A stretch of DNA of 64,000 bases from Candidatus Daviesbacteria bacterium (GCA_016186955.1 JACPKP010000004.1:71288-135287); one strand, 5' to 3'. Positions 9,121 through 20,536 are shown, counted from the first letter of the stretch. The notes: generated from the sequence alone by a model not told the origin. Numbers and translations are program-made.

Positions 9121-10587
9121 TCAAAGCGGCAGTGAAAAACTAAATACAGAGCCTTTCCCAAGCTCAGAGCTGACCCAGATCTTGCCTTTATGGACCTGGA
9201 TAATAGCTTTTGATATGTATAAGCCAAGACCAGTGCCCTTAGATCCTTGTTCCAGGTTTCCCGCCACTCTGAAGAATTTAGTAAAAAGGTGCGGCAGCGC
9301 TTCTTTGGGGATACCTTCACCTGTGTCTCCGATATGTGTGATAATTTCAGTGGGGGCAGTTTCTATCCAAACTTTCACAATTCCTCCAGGGTGGGTATAG
9401 GTTATGGCATTTGACAGCAGGTTGAATAAAACTTCGGTTATTCTTAACCTGTCCACAGATACTTTGGGTACAGGTTGGGTTGGTTCGATAAAGGTAAGTT
9501 GGATCTTTTTTTCTTTAGCGCTGTTGGAAAAGCTGTTGACAACATCTTTGACTAAAGGTGTCCAGTCTATTGGTTGGGTGGCGACAGACAACATCCCTTT
9601 CTCAATCCTTGAGACGCTTAGCAGATTGTCAACAAGACCACCCAGTTGTTGGGTTGAGATATCAATCCTGTTTAAAAACATCATCTGTTCCTCAGATAAG
9701 TTCTTGGAACTTTCCTGCAAAAAAACAGATAAATACCCTTTGATTGAAGTTAAAGGCGTCCGCAGTTCATGGGCAGCCATTGTCACAAAATCGAGTTTCA
9801 TGGCTTCCAGTTGTTTTTCCTTGGTGATGTCATGCAGGGTCATGACACAGCCTACGTTGGAGATTGTCCCCTCAGTTATATGCGATACCACAAGGTTGAT
9901 AAAAGCCTCTTTATGGTTGGGTTGCAGATGTTGCGGCTGTTTTTTCAAGCTGACAAGTTTAAGGTCTTGTTTGTTAAAAACAATCCCTTCAAAAGTATCT
10001 GTTTTAATCGGGCAATATAAAAGACTGGAAAGCTCATCTGTATTTTCAAAAATTTTGATTAAACTGCCTATTGGTTTTCCGATTGCTTCCTGGGCTGTAA
10101 ACCCTGTCAACTGCTGTGCTGCCTTATTAAATACAGTAACATTCCTGCTTAAATCTACGGCGATTACAGCATCAGCAATACTGGATAAGGTTACGGCAGA
10201 TTTATTCTTTTCCGTTAAAATAATATCCCTGTCAAGCGCTGACTTTTGCGTTGATTCCTGGAGTTTTTGGGCTAAAACATTAAAAGTTTCACCAAGGTGT
10301 TCAAATTCATCACCGCTTTGGATGCGTATCCTGTAATTTAGGTTCCCTCCGTTGATATAACCGCTGCCTGTTTCCAGCTCCTCTACAGGCTTGGTGACCT
10401 TATGGGCAAAAAAAAGGCTTAAAAGCGCTTCAGCAACCAAAAAAAATAAAGTAAGAATTAAAGCAAAAGTCCATGAGATATCTTGAACATTAAGCAATAT
10501 GAGGTTGTTAACAGTAAGCGGTACGGTAGCTGTTAAAATAAAAAGGAGTATTAATTTTTGCTTTAACCCTGGTTTTGGCAGCTCCAC
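9121..10587 (-). CDS. Sensor histidine kinase (TM-HAMP-PAS-HisKA-HATPase)
   Basis: AAHELRTPLT, NLLSNAITY, DTGEGIP, GTGLGL; HAMP SGDEFEHLG; PAS segment. Confidence 0.93.
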   Translation of the reverse strand: MELPKPGLKQKLILLFILTATVPLTVNNLILLNVQDISWTFALILTLFFLVAEALLSLFFAHKVTKPVEELETGSGYINGGNLNYRIRIQSGDEFEHLGETFNVLAQKLQESTQKSALDRDIILTEKNKSAVTLSSIADAVIAVDLSRNVTVFNKAAQQLTGFTAQEAIGKPIGSLIKIFENTDELSSLLYCPIKTDTFEGIVFNKQDLKLVSLKKQPQHLQPNHKEAFINLVVSHITEGTISNVGCVMTLHDITKEKQLEAMKLDFVTMAAHELRTPLTSIKGYLSVFLQESSKNLSEEQMMFLNRIDISTQQLGGLVDNLLSVSRIEKGMLSVATQPIDWTPLVKDVVNSFSNSAKEKKIQLTFIEPTQPVPKVSVDRLRITEVLFNLLSNAITYTHPGGIVKVWIETAPTEIITHIGDTGEGIPKEALPHLFTKFFRVAGNLEQGSKGTGLGLYISKAIIQVHKGKIWVSSELGKGSVFSFSLPL

Positions 10588-10669
10588 CCTTTAATATTAT
10601 CAGGATATTTAGGGGATTGACAATAGCAAACTTGTTTTTTGCGGTTTTGAAACATAGAATATAGTGTTC

Positions 10670-12715
10670 ATGGCAAAATTTCAGATTGTGTCAGCTTTTA
10701 AGCCCACCGGTGACCAGCCACAAGCCATTAATATGCTTGCGGTTGGTCTCAGGCGTGGGGAAAAACACCAGGTTCTCCTGGGTGTAACAGGCTCAGGTAA
10801 AACATTTACTATGGCAAATGTTATTAAGGCTGTGCAAAAACCGACCCTGGTAATATCCCACAATAAAACTTTAGCCGGCCAGCTTGCCCAGGAATTTAAA
10901 TCCATTTTCCCTAAAAATGCAGTTGAATACTTTGTGTCTTACTATGATTATTACCAGCCTGAAGCCTATATCCCTCCATCAGATACATACATCGAAAAGG
11001 AAACTACAATAAATGAGGAGATTGAAAAACTACGTCTTTCGGCTACTACTTCTCTAATGACCCGCAAGGATGTTATTGTGGTAGCTTCGGTTTCCTGCAT
11101 TTATAATTTAGGCTCCCCGGTTGAATACGGAGGAGCTATCCTGGAGCTTAAAAACGGAGTAAAGGCAGGGTTTGAAGCAGTTTTAAAGGTTTTGCAGAAA
11201 ATGTTTTACTCCCGAAGTGGCATAGATTTTAAAAGGTCAACATACCGGGTTTCGGGGGATACATTGGATATTTTTCCGTCATATGCTGACTCAGCTTTCA
11301 GGGTTGAGTTTTTGGGGGACAAAATAGAAAAGATATCAAGCCTTAACCCCCTAACCGGTGAAGTATCTTTGGTGAATGAAACAGTCACCATTTATCCTGC
11401 CAAGCATTACATCACGCCGGAGCAAAGGTTAAAACCTGCTATAGCACAGATAGAAAGTGACTTAGAGTCCAGAGTCCAGAGTCTAGAGAAAGCAGGCAAG
11501 CTGTTGGAGGCGCAGAGGTTAGAACAAAGAACCAATTATGACCTGGAGATGATAAAAGAGTACGGGGTTTGCAACGGTATAGAAAATTATTCCAGATATT
11601 TTGACGGCAGAAAAGTTGGTGATCCGCCGTACACCCTGCTTGATTTCTTCTCCAAAGACTATCTGTTAATTATTGATGAATCACACATTACTTTGCCTCA
11701 AATTAGGGGGATGTACAACGGAGACAGGTCAAGGAAAGAGACATTGATTGATTTTGGTTTCAGGCTGCCTTCGGCTTTGGATAACAGGCCGCTTAAATTT
11801 GAAGAATTCCAAAGAAGGATAAATCAGGTAATTTATGTTTCAGCAACCCCTGATGAGTATGAACTAAGCCTGGCTGGCTATACCTCCATGGGATTACACC
11901 CCCGAGGTGAAGGGTATGGGTTAATGCCGGATGACACCTCGGGGGTGAAGCAAAAGGACAATATTGCAGAGCAGCTGGTCAGGCCGACAGGGATTGTGGA
12001 CCCGGAGATTTTTGTCAAGCCTACAGAAGGGCAGATCGCTGATGTGATGGGGGAGGTGGAAAAAAGAGTCAGGGCAAAGGAGAGAGTATTAATCACAACT
12101 TTGACTAAAAGAATGGCGGAGGATTTATCGGAATATTTGGCAGAGCGGGGGATCAAAGTGAATTATTTACACTCGGATATAGAAACCCTGAAGCGCTCGG
12201 ATATCCTGCAGTCATTAAGGCTTGGTGAATATGATGTATTGGTTGGGATTAATCTTTTAAGGGAGGGGTTGGATCTGCCTGAGGTGTCTCTGGTAATAAT
12301 TTTAGACGCTGACAAGGAGGGTTTTTTGCGCTCTAAGACGTCGCTCATCCAAACCATGGGTAGGGCAGCCAGGCATGTTAAGGGTCAGGTGATTATGTAT
12401 GCAGATACTGTCACTAAATCAATGCAGGCTGCAATAGATGAGGTGGAGCGTCGCCGGGGTTACCAGTTAGAATACAACAAAAAACAGGGGATAATCCCAA
12501 AAAGCATAGAAAAAGAGCTAAGGGACAGGTTGATAGAAAAAGTTGAAGCATTGGAAAAAAGGCTTAGTCATGAACTAACAATAGAGGATATTCCGCCAAA
12601 AGAGAGAGAAAAAATGGTGAAGCTTTTGGAGCAGCAGATGAAAGAAGCAGCAGAGCTGCTGGATTTTGAAGAAGCTGCAAGGCTAAGGGATCAGATTAAA
12701 GAATTAGGTGGTTAG
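10670..12715 (+). CDS. uvrB: Excinuclease ABC subunit B
   Basis: LLGVTGSGKT, FVSYYDYYQPEAY, DESH, GINLLREGLD, C-terminal UVR domain. Confidence 0.98.
   Translation: MAKFQIVSAFKPTGDQPQAINMLAVGLRRGEKHQVLLGVTGSGKTFTMANVIKAVQKPTLVISHNKTLAGQLAQEFKSIFPKNAVEYFVSYYDYYQPEAYIPPSDTYIEKETTINEEIEKLRLSATTSLMTRKDVIVVASVSCIYNLGSPVEYGGAILELKNGVKAGFEAVLKVLQKMFYSRSGIDFKRSTYRVSGDTLDIFPSYADSAFRVEFLGDKIEKISSLNPLTGEVSLVNETVTIYPAKHYITPEQRLKPAIAQIESDLESRVQSLEKAGKLLEAQRLEQRTNYDLEMIKEYGVCNGIENYSRYFDGRKVGDPPYTLLDFFSKDYLLIIDESHITLPQIRGMYNGDRSRKETLIDFGFRLPSALDNRPLKFEEFQRRINQVIYVSATPDEYELSLAGYTSMGLHPRGEGYGLMPDDTSGVKQKDNIAEQLVRPTGIVDPEIFVKPTEGQIADVMGEVEKRVRAKERVLITTLTKRMAEDLSEYLAERGIKVNYLHSDIETLKRSDILQSLRLGEYDVLVGINLLREGLDLPEVSLVIILDADKEGFLRSKTSLIQTMGRAARHVKGQVIMYADTVTKSMQAAIDEVERRRGYQLEYNKKQGIIPKSIEKELRDRLIEKVEALEKRLSHELTIEDIPPKEREKMVKLLEQQMKEAAELLDFEEAARLRDQIKELGG
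11897..11947. repeat. Palindromic REP-like insertion inside uvrB
   Basis: 13-bp perfect inverted repeat CACCCCCGAGGTG ... CACCTCGGGGGTG within an extra peptide between SATP and EQLVRPTG. Confidence 0.75.
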
Positions 12716-12925
12716 GGTCTGGAAAGATCAATATTGAAGTCAACCCAAGGAGCTTCAGGAGTCCTTCCGAAGTATAGGATACCAGTTCCCTCAGCCATCC
12801 AATGTGTAACATTATTTGGTCCGATCGGACCATTTTGTGTTATTTTTGAACCAGAATACCTCGCAGCTCTACTGCGGGGTGGGATTATGAAATTTTAAAA
12901 GAGGCTGTAAAAATCAGAGATCAGA

Positions 12926-13252
12926 TTAAAAACTTTTCAGCTTTTTTGCATTTTTTGCTGATTCCTCAAAGACCCTTTTTGTATCTTCAATCAGCTTCCG
13001 GTCTGCCATTGCCGAATGGGCCCAATTTTGGGTGTAGTTACAACCTGAAATTTCACAATACCAACCGTCATCCGCGGCAGTCAGGGTAGGGCTGAAGTCA
13101 AGTCCTTTATGCGGATAACCGCAGGTGAATGGATGCCAGACCCCGCTTTGCTGGTAAAAATTTAACGCTTCAACCTGTTCTGAAGTAAAAGGTGCGGTAA
13201 TTATTCCCGGTTGGATTTCATTGTTAATATTTTTTTCAGGAGTAGGTTCCAT
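12926..13252 (-). CDS. Hypothetical protein with Cys/His cluster
   Basis: HPFTCG, WYC..SGCNYTQNWAH; sits antisense between uvrB and uvrA. Confidence 0.65.
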   Translation of the reverse strand: MEPTPEKNINNEIQPGIITAPFTSEQVEALNFYQQSGVWHPFTCGYPHKGLDFSPTLTAADDGWYCEISGCNYTQNWAHSAMADRKLIEDTKRVFEESAKNAKKLKSF

Positions 13253-13311
13253 GCGGATATTATACAAGGGCTTTAAAAAATTTGCAAAACTTGGTACAAT
13301 TGCTTGCATTT

Positions 13312-16239
13312 ATGGCAGCAGACAAAATTATTATTAAAGGGGCCCGCGAAAACAACCTGAAAAATATTGACTTGGAGATTCCCAAAAACCAACTTGTGGT
13401 TTTTACAGGGATCTCCGGTTCCGGTAAATCCTCGCTGGCTTTTGACACCCTTTATGCTGAAGGGCAGAGGCGTTATGTTGAATCCTTAAGCGCTTATGCC
13501 AGGCAGTTTTTGGGGGTGATGGATAAACCTGACGTTGATTATATAGAAGGGTTATCCCCTGCCATCTCAATTGACCAGAAGGCTGCTTCCCACAACCCAA
13601 GATCTACCGTAGGCACAACGACTGAAATATATGATTATTTAAGGTTGTTGTTTGCCAGGATAGGCCATCCCCATTGCCCAATCTGCGGCAGGGAGATCTC
13701 CAGGATAAGTGTGGAGCAGATAGTAGAACAGGCGCTGGAAAGTCAAAAGGAAAAAGTAAAAAGTAAAAAAGGCGGAAGGATTATGGTGTTGGCGCCTATT
13801 GTCAAAGATAGGAAGGGAGAATATACATCACTTTTTGAGGATCTTAGAAAAAAAGGGTTTTCCAGGGTGAGGATTGATGGGGTTATCAGGGATTTGGCAG
13901 AAGACTTTTTACTGATTAAAACAAACAAACACACCATTGATGTGGTAGTGGACCGCCTAGTGTTGGATAAAACTGCCATTTCGAGTATTAGCGAGAAATC
14001 TCAAGTTCTCACACGCCTTTCACAATCCATTGAAACAGCTCTTAAAATGGGGGAGGGGTCAGTTATCATTTCAGAAGTTTTAGATGCTTCACTGGAATTT
14101 CCGGTAAACCCCAAAAAAATGAAGGACCACCTTTTTTCAGAGAGGTTTGCCTGCCCTGTAGATAACATAGCGCTTGCGGAGATTGAACCAAGGCTTTTTT
14201 CATTTAACTCCCCTCATGGGGCTTGCCCTGGGTGCACCGGACTAGGCACATTACTTGAGATTGATCCTGACGCTGTGTTAAACCCAATACTATCTATAGC
14301 GGAAGGGGGGATATTGCCCTGGTCAAAGCTTGCCAATAATGAAACCTGGTTTACCAGGCTCATTGAAGCTGTCGGGAAGAAATACGGTTTTGACCTTTTT
14401 ACCAGGCTAGGGCAAATTTCCGAAAAAAGTAAGAAAGTTTTGCTTTTTGGGGCAGGAGATGAACAATTTAAAGTTGAGGGTAAAAACAGGCAGGGGAGAT
14501 GGACCCATTTTTATTCCACTTTTGGTGGTTTAGTTGAATACCTTAAAGAGCGCTACAAAGAGACTGAATCTGATTATGTAAAAGCCGAAATTGAAAAATA
14601 TATGGTTAAAGAAATATGCCGGTTATGCCTTGGCGCAAGACTCAAAAAGGATGTTTTATCTATCACTGTTGACGGATTAAACATTGCTGAGGTAACTACC
14701 CAGTCCATAAATGAGGCATTGGAGTGGTTTAAAACCTTGGTTATGCCAAAACTGACAGAGCGTGAAATAACAATAGCGAAACCGGTCCTGAAAGAAATTT
14801 GTTCCCGCCTGCAGTTTTTAGTTGACGTAGGGCTGGCATACCTAACGTTGGACCGGGCTGCCATGACTTTGGCAGGAGGGGAATCGCAAAGGATTAGGCT
14901 GGCATCCCAGATCGGATCAGGACTTTCAGGTGTTTTATATGTTTTAGACGAACCTTCAATAGGATTGCACCAGCGGGATAACAACAGACTTATTGAGACT
15001 TTAAAAAGGCTGCGGGATTTGGGCAATACAGTCATAGTTAATGAGCATGATGGGGAAACTATAGAAAATGCGGATTTTCTAATTGAGATTGGCCCGGGAG
15101 CAGGGGAACACGGCGGGTATATTACATTTACGGGTACACCCGGGGAGATGAAGCAAGATAAGGATTCTCTGACAGGTAAGTATTTGTCAGGCAAGAAAAA
15201 AATTGAAGCTTTACCCGATTCAGCCCTTAGGAAAACTTCCGAAAACTTCGGGACTTTGGAAATAGTGGGTGCGAGCGAGCATAATTTAAAAAACATCAAT
15301 GTTAAATTCCCCTTAGGAAAACTTATCAGCATAACCGGGGTGTCTGGTTCGGGAAAATCAACTCTTGTGCATGATATTTTATATCGGGCTTTAGCAAATA
15401 AATTTTTCCACTCCAGGGAAAAAGCAGGCCAATTTCAAGAACTGGTTGGGATAGAAAATATTGATAAGGTTGTTTTAGTTGACCAATCCCCGATTGGGCG
15501 CACACCAAGATCCAACCCGGCTACTTATACAGGATCGTTTACTTTTATCAGGGAGCTTTTTTCTTCATCACCTGAGGCTAAAATACGCGGTTATGATCCC
15601 GGCAGGTTTTCATTTAATGTTAAAGGTGGCAGATGTGAAGTGTGCGAAGGAGAGGGGCAGATCAAAATTGAGATGCAGTTTTTACCCGATGTATTTGTAA
15701 CTTGTGAAGCCTGCGGAGGTAAAAGGTATAACAGGGAGGCTTTGGATATGCATTTTAAGGAAAAAAATATCTCTGAGGTTTTGGATATGACAGTGGAGGA
15801 AGCTTTAGATTTTTTCAAAAATATCCCTCAGGTAAAAAATAAGCTGACGGTTTTAAATGATGTAGGGTTGGGGTATATCAGGTTGGGGCAGTCTGCCACA
15901 ACCTTGTCAGGAGGGGAGGCCCAAAGGGTGAAGCTCTCAACCGAGCTTTCCAAACGCCCAACAGGGCATACTCTTTATATCCTTGATGAACCCACAACAG
16001 GGCTGCATTTTGCGGATATTGAGAGGCTGTTACAGATTCTCAGAAGGTTGGTTAACTTGGGCAATACTGTGGTGATCATTGAACATAACCTGGATGTGGT
16101 GAAAAATGCAGACTGGGTCATAGATCTGGGCCCTGAGGGCGGGGATATGGGAGGGAAAATTATCGGTGAGGGTACACCAAAACAGCTGTCACAAATTAAA
16201 ACTTCCTACACCGGCCAATATTTAGCAAAGATATTTTAA
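13312..16239 (+). CDS. uvrA: Excinuclease ABC subunit A
   Basis: Two ABC cassettes ([16 protein letters not shown]), Zn fingers, [17 protein letters not shown]. Confidence 0.98.
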   Translation: MAADKIIIKGARENNLKNIDLEIPKNQLVVFTGISGSGKSSLAFDTLYAEGQRRYVESLSAYARQFLGVMDKPDVDYIEGLSPAISIDQKAASHNPRSTVGTTTEIYDYLRLLFARIGHPHCPICGREISRISVEQIVEQALESQKEKVKSKKGGRIMVLAPIVKDRKGEYTSLFEDLRKKGFSRVRIDGVIRDLAEDFLLIKTNKHTIDVVVDRLVLDKTAISSISEKSQVLTRLSQSIETALKMGEGSVIISEVLDASLEFPVNPKKMKDHLFSERFACPVDNIALAEIEPRLFSFNSPHGACPGCTGLGTLLEIDPDAVLNPILSIAEGGILPWSKLANNETWFTRLIEAVGKKYGFDLFTRLGQISEKSKKVLLFGAGDEQFKVEGKNRQGRWTHFYSTFGGLVEYLKERYKETESDYVKAEIEKYMVKEICRLCLGARLKKDVLSITVDGLNIAEVTTQSINEALEWFKTLVMPKLTEREITIAKPVLKEICSRLQFLVDVGLAYLTLDRAAMTLAGGESQRIRLASQIGSGLSGVLYVLDEPSIGLHQRDNNRLIETLKRLRDLGNTVIVNEHDGETIENADFLIEIGPGAGEHGGYITFTGTPGEMKQDKDSLTGKYLSGKKKIEALPDSALRKTSENFGTLEIVGASEHNLKNINVKFPLGKLISITGVSGSGKSTLVHDILYRALANKFFHSREKAGQFQELVGIENIDKVVLVDQSPIGRTPRSNPATYTGSFTFIRELFSSSPEAKIRGYDPGRFSFNVKGGRCEVCEGEGQIKIEMQFLPDVFVTCEACGGKRYNREALDMHFKEKNISEVLDMTVEEALDFFKNIPQVKNKLTVLNDVGLGYIRLGQSATTLSGGEAQRVKLSTELSKRPTGHTLYILDEPTTGLHFADIERLLQILRRLVNLGNTVVIIEHNLDVVKNADWVIDLGPEGGDMGGKIIGEGTPKQLSQIKTSYTGQYLAKIF

Positions 16240-16478
16240 GGATTGCGTTTTGGGAAAGGCAGTTTTGTTTGGTTTAAAGCATCTTTGAGTTTAGGGTCAG
16301 TAATGCCTTCGAAGGTTTCCGCTGCTCTTTTGGTTGTTTGATCAACAATTCTTTCGGCCTCTTCGTCAGTTATACCACCCCTTGCTACCAATTCTCTAAA
16401 AAACTCAGTACCCAAGTGCTTTGTCCAGATATCTACATAGTCCTGAACAGTCTCAAGTTCTTTTTTAATGGATATCAC
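16236..16478 (-). CDS. Hypothetical protein
   Basis: 80-aa ORF convergent on uvrA. Confidence 0.5.
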   Translation of the reverse strand: MISIKKELETVQDYVDIWTKHLGTEFFRELVARGGITDEEAERIVDQTTKRAAETFEGITDPKLKDALNQTKLPFPKRNP

Positions 16479-16581
16479 CTCCCAAATAAATTATTAAATA
16501 TAGAACATAAAAATACAAGTCTCTCAATTGATGTCAAAAATACCCTGCAGTCTTGAAGGTTGCAATGTTTGGGATAAATCT

Positions 16582-16782
16582 TCAACGTAGCGGTGTAATA
16601 TATCTTGTCGTATTTTCTAATCTTCGGGTAGTTTTTTCCAAGCGGTCAATCCTTCGGAGAAGCTGTTCCAATGCAAGAGTTTTAGCTTCCTGGGAACCCT
16701 CCTCCAAAGTTTTGGCAAGGCTAGATGCCTCCTTTGCTATATCATCTACTGGTAATCTTTCCGGCATTAATCCCACCCCCAA
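16582..16782 (-). CDS. Small hypothetical coiled-coil protein
   Basis: 66-aa ORF, amphipathic; start uncertain. Confidence 0.4.
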   Translation of the reverse strand: MGVGLMPERLPVDDIAKEASSLAKTLEEGSQEAKTLALEQLLRRIDRLEKTTRRLENTTRYITPLR

Positions 16783-16912
16783 TTTTTAATCATTATAGCA
16801 CAAAAACTATAACTGCTGTATATAGTTTGGCTAAATTCGTAATTGGTGTCTTTTCCTGCTAGAATTTAGATTAGATCCTATTGTGGTAGTTTCCACTCCA
16901 GGATGACAGTTA

Positions 16913-18781
16913 ATGAAGAAAATAATTTATTGCGTAATAATTTTACCTGTTTTACTTTTTACTTTTTACTTTTTACTTTTTACTCCTGTTTTTGCTGCAG
17001 GGGAGTTTGCCACCTCATATAACATTACCTATGATGTGCTGCCTTCAGGGGAGACTGAGGTGGAGGAAGATGTTAAACTAAGGAACTTAACTGACCGTTT
17101 CTATGCCTCCTCTTTTACCCTAAGTATTGGGGCAACCAGTATCTCTGATGTTACAGCCTCAGATTCGCAGGGGCAGATTCCAGTGGAAGTTTCAAAAAAT
17201 AATACAAAAACCAATATTACAGTTAGATTTACCTCCCAGGTTGTTGGCAAGGACAAAGAGTATCTTTGGAAACTCAGGTTTAAATCCAAGGATTTTGCAC
17301 AAGCACAAGGTAAAATTTGGCAGGTATCGGTGCCAAAGATTTCTTCGCTTGAGGATTTGGATAATTATAGCTTGGTATTATCCATACCCGTTAGCTTTGG
17401 TGATCCGACATCAATCACCCCGGAACCCAAAAAACAGACTGAGGCAGGGGGTAGATTGAATTTATATTTTACAAAGGAACAGCTTTCGGATTCAGGAGTT
17501 TTAGCTAATTTTGGCACTGACCAGACCTTTGAATTTCAGGCTAACTTTCAAATTTACAACAAATCCATAGTGCCAGCTTTAGCCAGAATCCCTTTACCTG
17601 CTGATACAGAGTACCAGCAGGTAATGATACAAAACATTAACCCGAAACCGGAAAATGTCATCAAAGATGGCGACGGCAACTATATAGCCTGGTTTAAGGC
17701 GGACAAAAGACAATCTTTAAAGGTAGAAGTTTCCGGTTTAGCCCGCCTGTCCTTCAAAAGCAAAAAAAAGACAGAACTCTCCACAGATGAGATAATTACT
17801 TATACCTCAAGCCAGAAATACTGGGAAAAAGATACTCCCCAGATTAAAAATAAACTTGCGGAGGTTTTTAAGGATAAAAAGATCAACTCAAATTCAGAAA
17901 AAGCAAGGTTGATCCATAAATTTATAAGCTCCTTTTTACAGTATGACCAGAGCAGGTTAAACGAAAAAAATTTCCAGAGGTTGGGAGCCTTAACTGCCCT
18001 TTCCAACCCTGACAAGGCATTATGCAGTGAGTTTACTGACCTGTTTGTTGCAATGGCGCGCTCAGCGGGTGTGCCCGCAAGGGCGCTCATCGGGTATGCA
18101 TACACCTCCAACAATGATTTAAGGCCGCTTTCTTTTGGAGACAGCATCCTTCATGCATGGCCTGAATATTTTGACCCTGATTTGGGATGGGTTATGGTTG
18201 ATCCGACCTGGGAAAATACTACAGGCGGAGTAGATTATTTTTCCAAGCTGGATTTAAATCATTTTGTTCTTTTAACAAGGGGGTTATCTTCCGAAGATCC
18301 GCTACCTCCGGGTGAGGTGAGTGTTAAATTTTCCGATGCAGAATTTAAACCAAGTGCGAAAATTAACCTGTCGATTGATGCCCAGCCGGAAATCTTTGCA
18401 GCCTTTCCTGCAAAAGCTACAGTGCGGGTGGAAAATTCCGGAAATGCAGTAGCTCCTATAAGCAATTTAAGCTTTTCTGCTGCAAATTTGAAAATTGTAG
18501 GTGATAATCCGGTTGGGGTTCCAGGTTTGCCCCCTTTTGGGTCATTTAAGTATGAGTATGATCTTCGGACTAATAACCTTTGGGAATCATATGATGATAT
18601 CCTGCAGCTTAAAGTAGGAGAAGAGACAATTGAAAAAAAAGTAAGAATTAAACCTTTTTTTGCCTACCAGTATTTTGCACCGGTAGTAATAAGTATTATT
18701 TTATTGATGGTAGGTATTTATGCCGGAATATTGTACCTGCGGCTTAAAAACAGAAACGATTATAATTTAAAACCCCGTTGA
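16913..18781 (+). CDS. Secreted/membrane-anchored transglutaminase-like protein
   Basis: Signal peptide; ALCSEFTDLFVAMARSAGVPAR (Cys), HAWPE (His), VDPTW (Asp); C-terminal TM helix. Confidence 0.88.
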   Translation: MKKIIYCVIILPVLLFTFYFLLFTPVFAAGEFATSYNITYDVLPSGETEVEEDVKLRNLTDRFYASSFTLSIGATSISDVTASDSQGQIPVEVSKNNTKTNITVRFTSQVVGKDKEYLWKLRFKSKDFAQAQGKIWQVSVPKISSLEDLDNYSLVLSIPVSFGDPTSITPEPKKQTEAGGRLNLYFTKEQLSDSGVLANFGTDQTFEFQANFQIYNKSIVPALARIPLPADTEYQQVMIQNINPKPENVIKDGDGNYIAWFKADKRQSLKVEVSGLARLSFKSKKKTELSTDEIITYTSSQKYWEKDTPQIKNKLAEVFKDKKINSNSEKARLIHKFISSFLQYDQSRLNEKNFQRLGALTALSNPDKALCSEFTDLFVAMARSAGVPARALIGYAYTSNNDLRPLSFGDSILHAWPEYFDPDLGWVMVDPTWENTTGGVDYFSKLDLNHFVLLTRGLSSEDPLPPGEVSVKFSDAEFKPSAKINLSIDAQPEIFAAFPAKATVRVENSGNAVAPISNLSFSAANLKIVGDNPVGVPGLPPFGSFKYEYDLRTNNLWESYDDILQLKVGEETIEKKVRIKPFFAYQYFAPVVISIILLMVGIYAGILYLRLKNRNDYNLKPR

Positions 18782-18783
18782 GT

Positions 18784-20118
18784 ATGGTTCCAAATTATAT
18801 TGAGAGGCTTAAAATTCCCCATAAACCCGGTATTTATATTTTTAAAAGTAGGGACGGGAAAGTTTTATATGTGGGGAAAGCAGTAGACCTTTACCGCCGG
18901 GTTTCTTCCTACTTTAATGGCAGGAGTGTTGGCAATACTGCACATTTGGTAGAGAGAATCAGCAGTTTAAAGACAATAATAGTGGAATCAGAGCTTGAAG
19001 CGCTGATTTTAGAAGCCAATCTGATCAAAAAGTATCTACCTCCTTTTAATATCCGCCTTATTGATGATAAGGATTACCTTTATATTGCAGTCACTAAAGA
19101 GGATTTTCCTAAGGTGATAACAGCCAGAAAAAAAGACCTGAAGCCTATCAAAGAATGGTTTGGGCCTTTTCCTTCCGCAACAACTGTAAAATCAACGCTC
19201 AAACAGTTAAGAAGAGTTTTTCCATGGTGTAGCAACCCACCAAAAACACGGCAACGACCGTGTTTTTACTACCATATTGGTTTATGCCCAGGGGCATGCG
19301 TTGGCAAAATTTCCAAAGCTGACTATGCAATAACCATCAGGAGATTTTCCAAATTTATGAAAGGACAAAAGCAGGCGTTGTTAGATGAGCTGACAAGTAA
19401 TATGCAAAGGTTTGCAAAAAACCAGCAGTTTGAGGAGGCGCAAAAAGTTAAAAAAATAATAACAGGAATTGAGTACCTGACCCAAACCAACAGGGTGGCA
19501 AAATATCTGGAAAACCCCAATTTTTTAGAACAGGAAAACTTAGAAGCTCTTCATAACTTACAAAAGGATCTCAATTTACCAAAACTTCCGGTTAGAATTG
19601 AAGCTTATGATATCTCCAATATACAGGGTATGGAGGCGACAGGTTCAATGGTGGTTTTGACTGATGGTGAAATTGATAAATCCCAGTATAGGAAGTTTAA
19701 AATTAGGAGCTCCGGCAGGCCTAATGATGTGGGGATGCTACAGGAGATGATGGGAAGAAGGTTAAATCATCCAGAGTGGGGTATCCCGGACCTGATTTTA
19801 ATAGACGGAGGGAGAGGACAGGTGAGGGGAGTGTACAATGTCGTTCTGCAAAACGATCTAAAGATTGCTTCGTCCTCCGATGGACATCGGAGTCCTCGCA
19901 ATGACGTCATTGCGAGCGAAGCGAAGCAATCTATCCCCATTTTTGGTCTTGCAAAGCGGATGGAATGGCTTTATCCTTCCGAAGGCGAAGTAATTAAGCT
20001 GCCAAAAAGAAGCCTGTCTTTGCGCCTTTTGCAAAAGATCCGTGATGAGTCCCACAGGTTTGCAATAACTTACCACAGAAAATTAAGGCAAAAAAAATTT
20101 GGTTTAGTCACAAAGTAG
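18784..20118 (+). CDS. uvrC: Excinuclease ABC subunit C (lacks C-terminal HhH)
   Basis: GIY...YVGKA GIY-YIG domain, RIEAYDISN, PDLILIDGGRGQ, RDESHRFA. Confidence 0.93.
   Translation: MVPNYIERLKIPHKPGIYIFKSRDGKVLYVGKAVDLYRRVSSYFNGRSVGNTAHLVERISSLKTIIVESELEALILEANLIKKYLPPFNIRLIDDKDYLYIAVTKEDFPKVITARKKDLKPIKEWFGPFPSATTVKSTLKQLRRVFPWCSNPPKTRQRPCFYYHIGLCPGACVGKISKADYAITIRRFSKFMKGQKQALLDELTSNMQRFAKNQQFEEAQKVKKIITGIEYLTQTNRVAKYLENPNFLEQENLEALHNLQKDLNLPKLPVRIEAYDISNIQGMEATGSMVVLTDGEIDKSQYRKFKIRSSGRPNDVGMLQEMMGRRLNHPEWGIPDLILIDGGRGQVRGVYNVVLQNDLKIASSSDGHRSPRNDVIASEAKQSIPIFGLAKRMEWLYPSEGEVIKLPKRSLSLRLLQKIRDESHRFAITYHRKLRQKKFGLVTK
19862..19932. repeat. Back-to-back REP/RPE-like palindromic element inserted in frame in uvrC
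   Basis: AGATTGCTTCG...CTCGCAATGAC|GTCATTGCGAGCGAAGCGAAGCAATCT; encodes KIASSSDGHRSPRNDVIASEAKQS. Confidence 0.85.
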
Positions 20119-20124
20119 GTTATA

Positions 20125-20535
20125 ATGAAGCTTATGAAGATCCTTTTACGAAGTTTCCTGATACATCTGATCACCATTATCGCGGTAACAAAAATTTTAC
20201 CTGGGTTTACTTATACCGGAGGTATTAAAACTTTAATTATTGGTGCAATTGGGCTGATGATTATAAATTGGCTTATTATTCCGCTTTTAAAAATTATGTT
20301 CCTGCCTTTGAATTTGTTGACTCTAGGATTTTTTACTTGGGCTGTTAATGTGGTGGCGATCTATTTTTTGACTGTATTGGTGCCACAGCTTAAGATTATC
20401 CCTTACTTTTTTCAAGGAGCGGAGATAAACGGTTTTATCATCCCTCAGGTAGAACTAAATATTTTGATGGTGGCAATTTTGGCCTCATTTTTGGTAGGAT
20501 TAATATCACATGTTTTGCAGTGGTTGGTAAAGTAG
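20125..20535 (+). CDS. Phage holin superfamily IV-like (YvlD-type) 4-TM membrane protein
   Basis: PLLKIMFLPLNLLTLGFFTWAVN motif; four hydrophobic segments. Confidence 0.8.
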   Translation: MKLMKILLRSFLIHLITIIAVTKILPGFTYTGGIKTLIIGAIGLMIINWLIIPLLKIMFLPLNLLTLGFFTWAVNVVAIYFLTVLVPQLKIIPYFFQGAEINGFIIPQVELNILMVAILASFLVGLISHVLQWLVK

Positions 20536-20536
20536 C

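Noticed and set aside
9404-10336. 310-aa + strand ORF, and similar shadows at 14574-15332 and 33718-34332
   Set aside because: These are antisense to well-supported genes and have no motifs.
20125-20535. Holin as evidence of a prophage
   Set aside because: It lies in a housekeeping operon between uvrC and secG; this family is commonly chromosomal.
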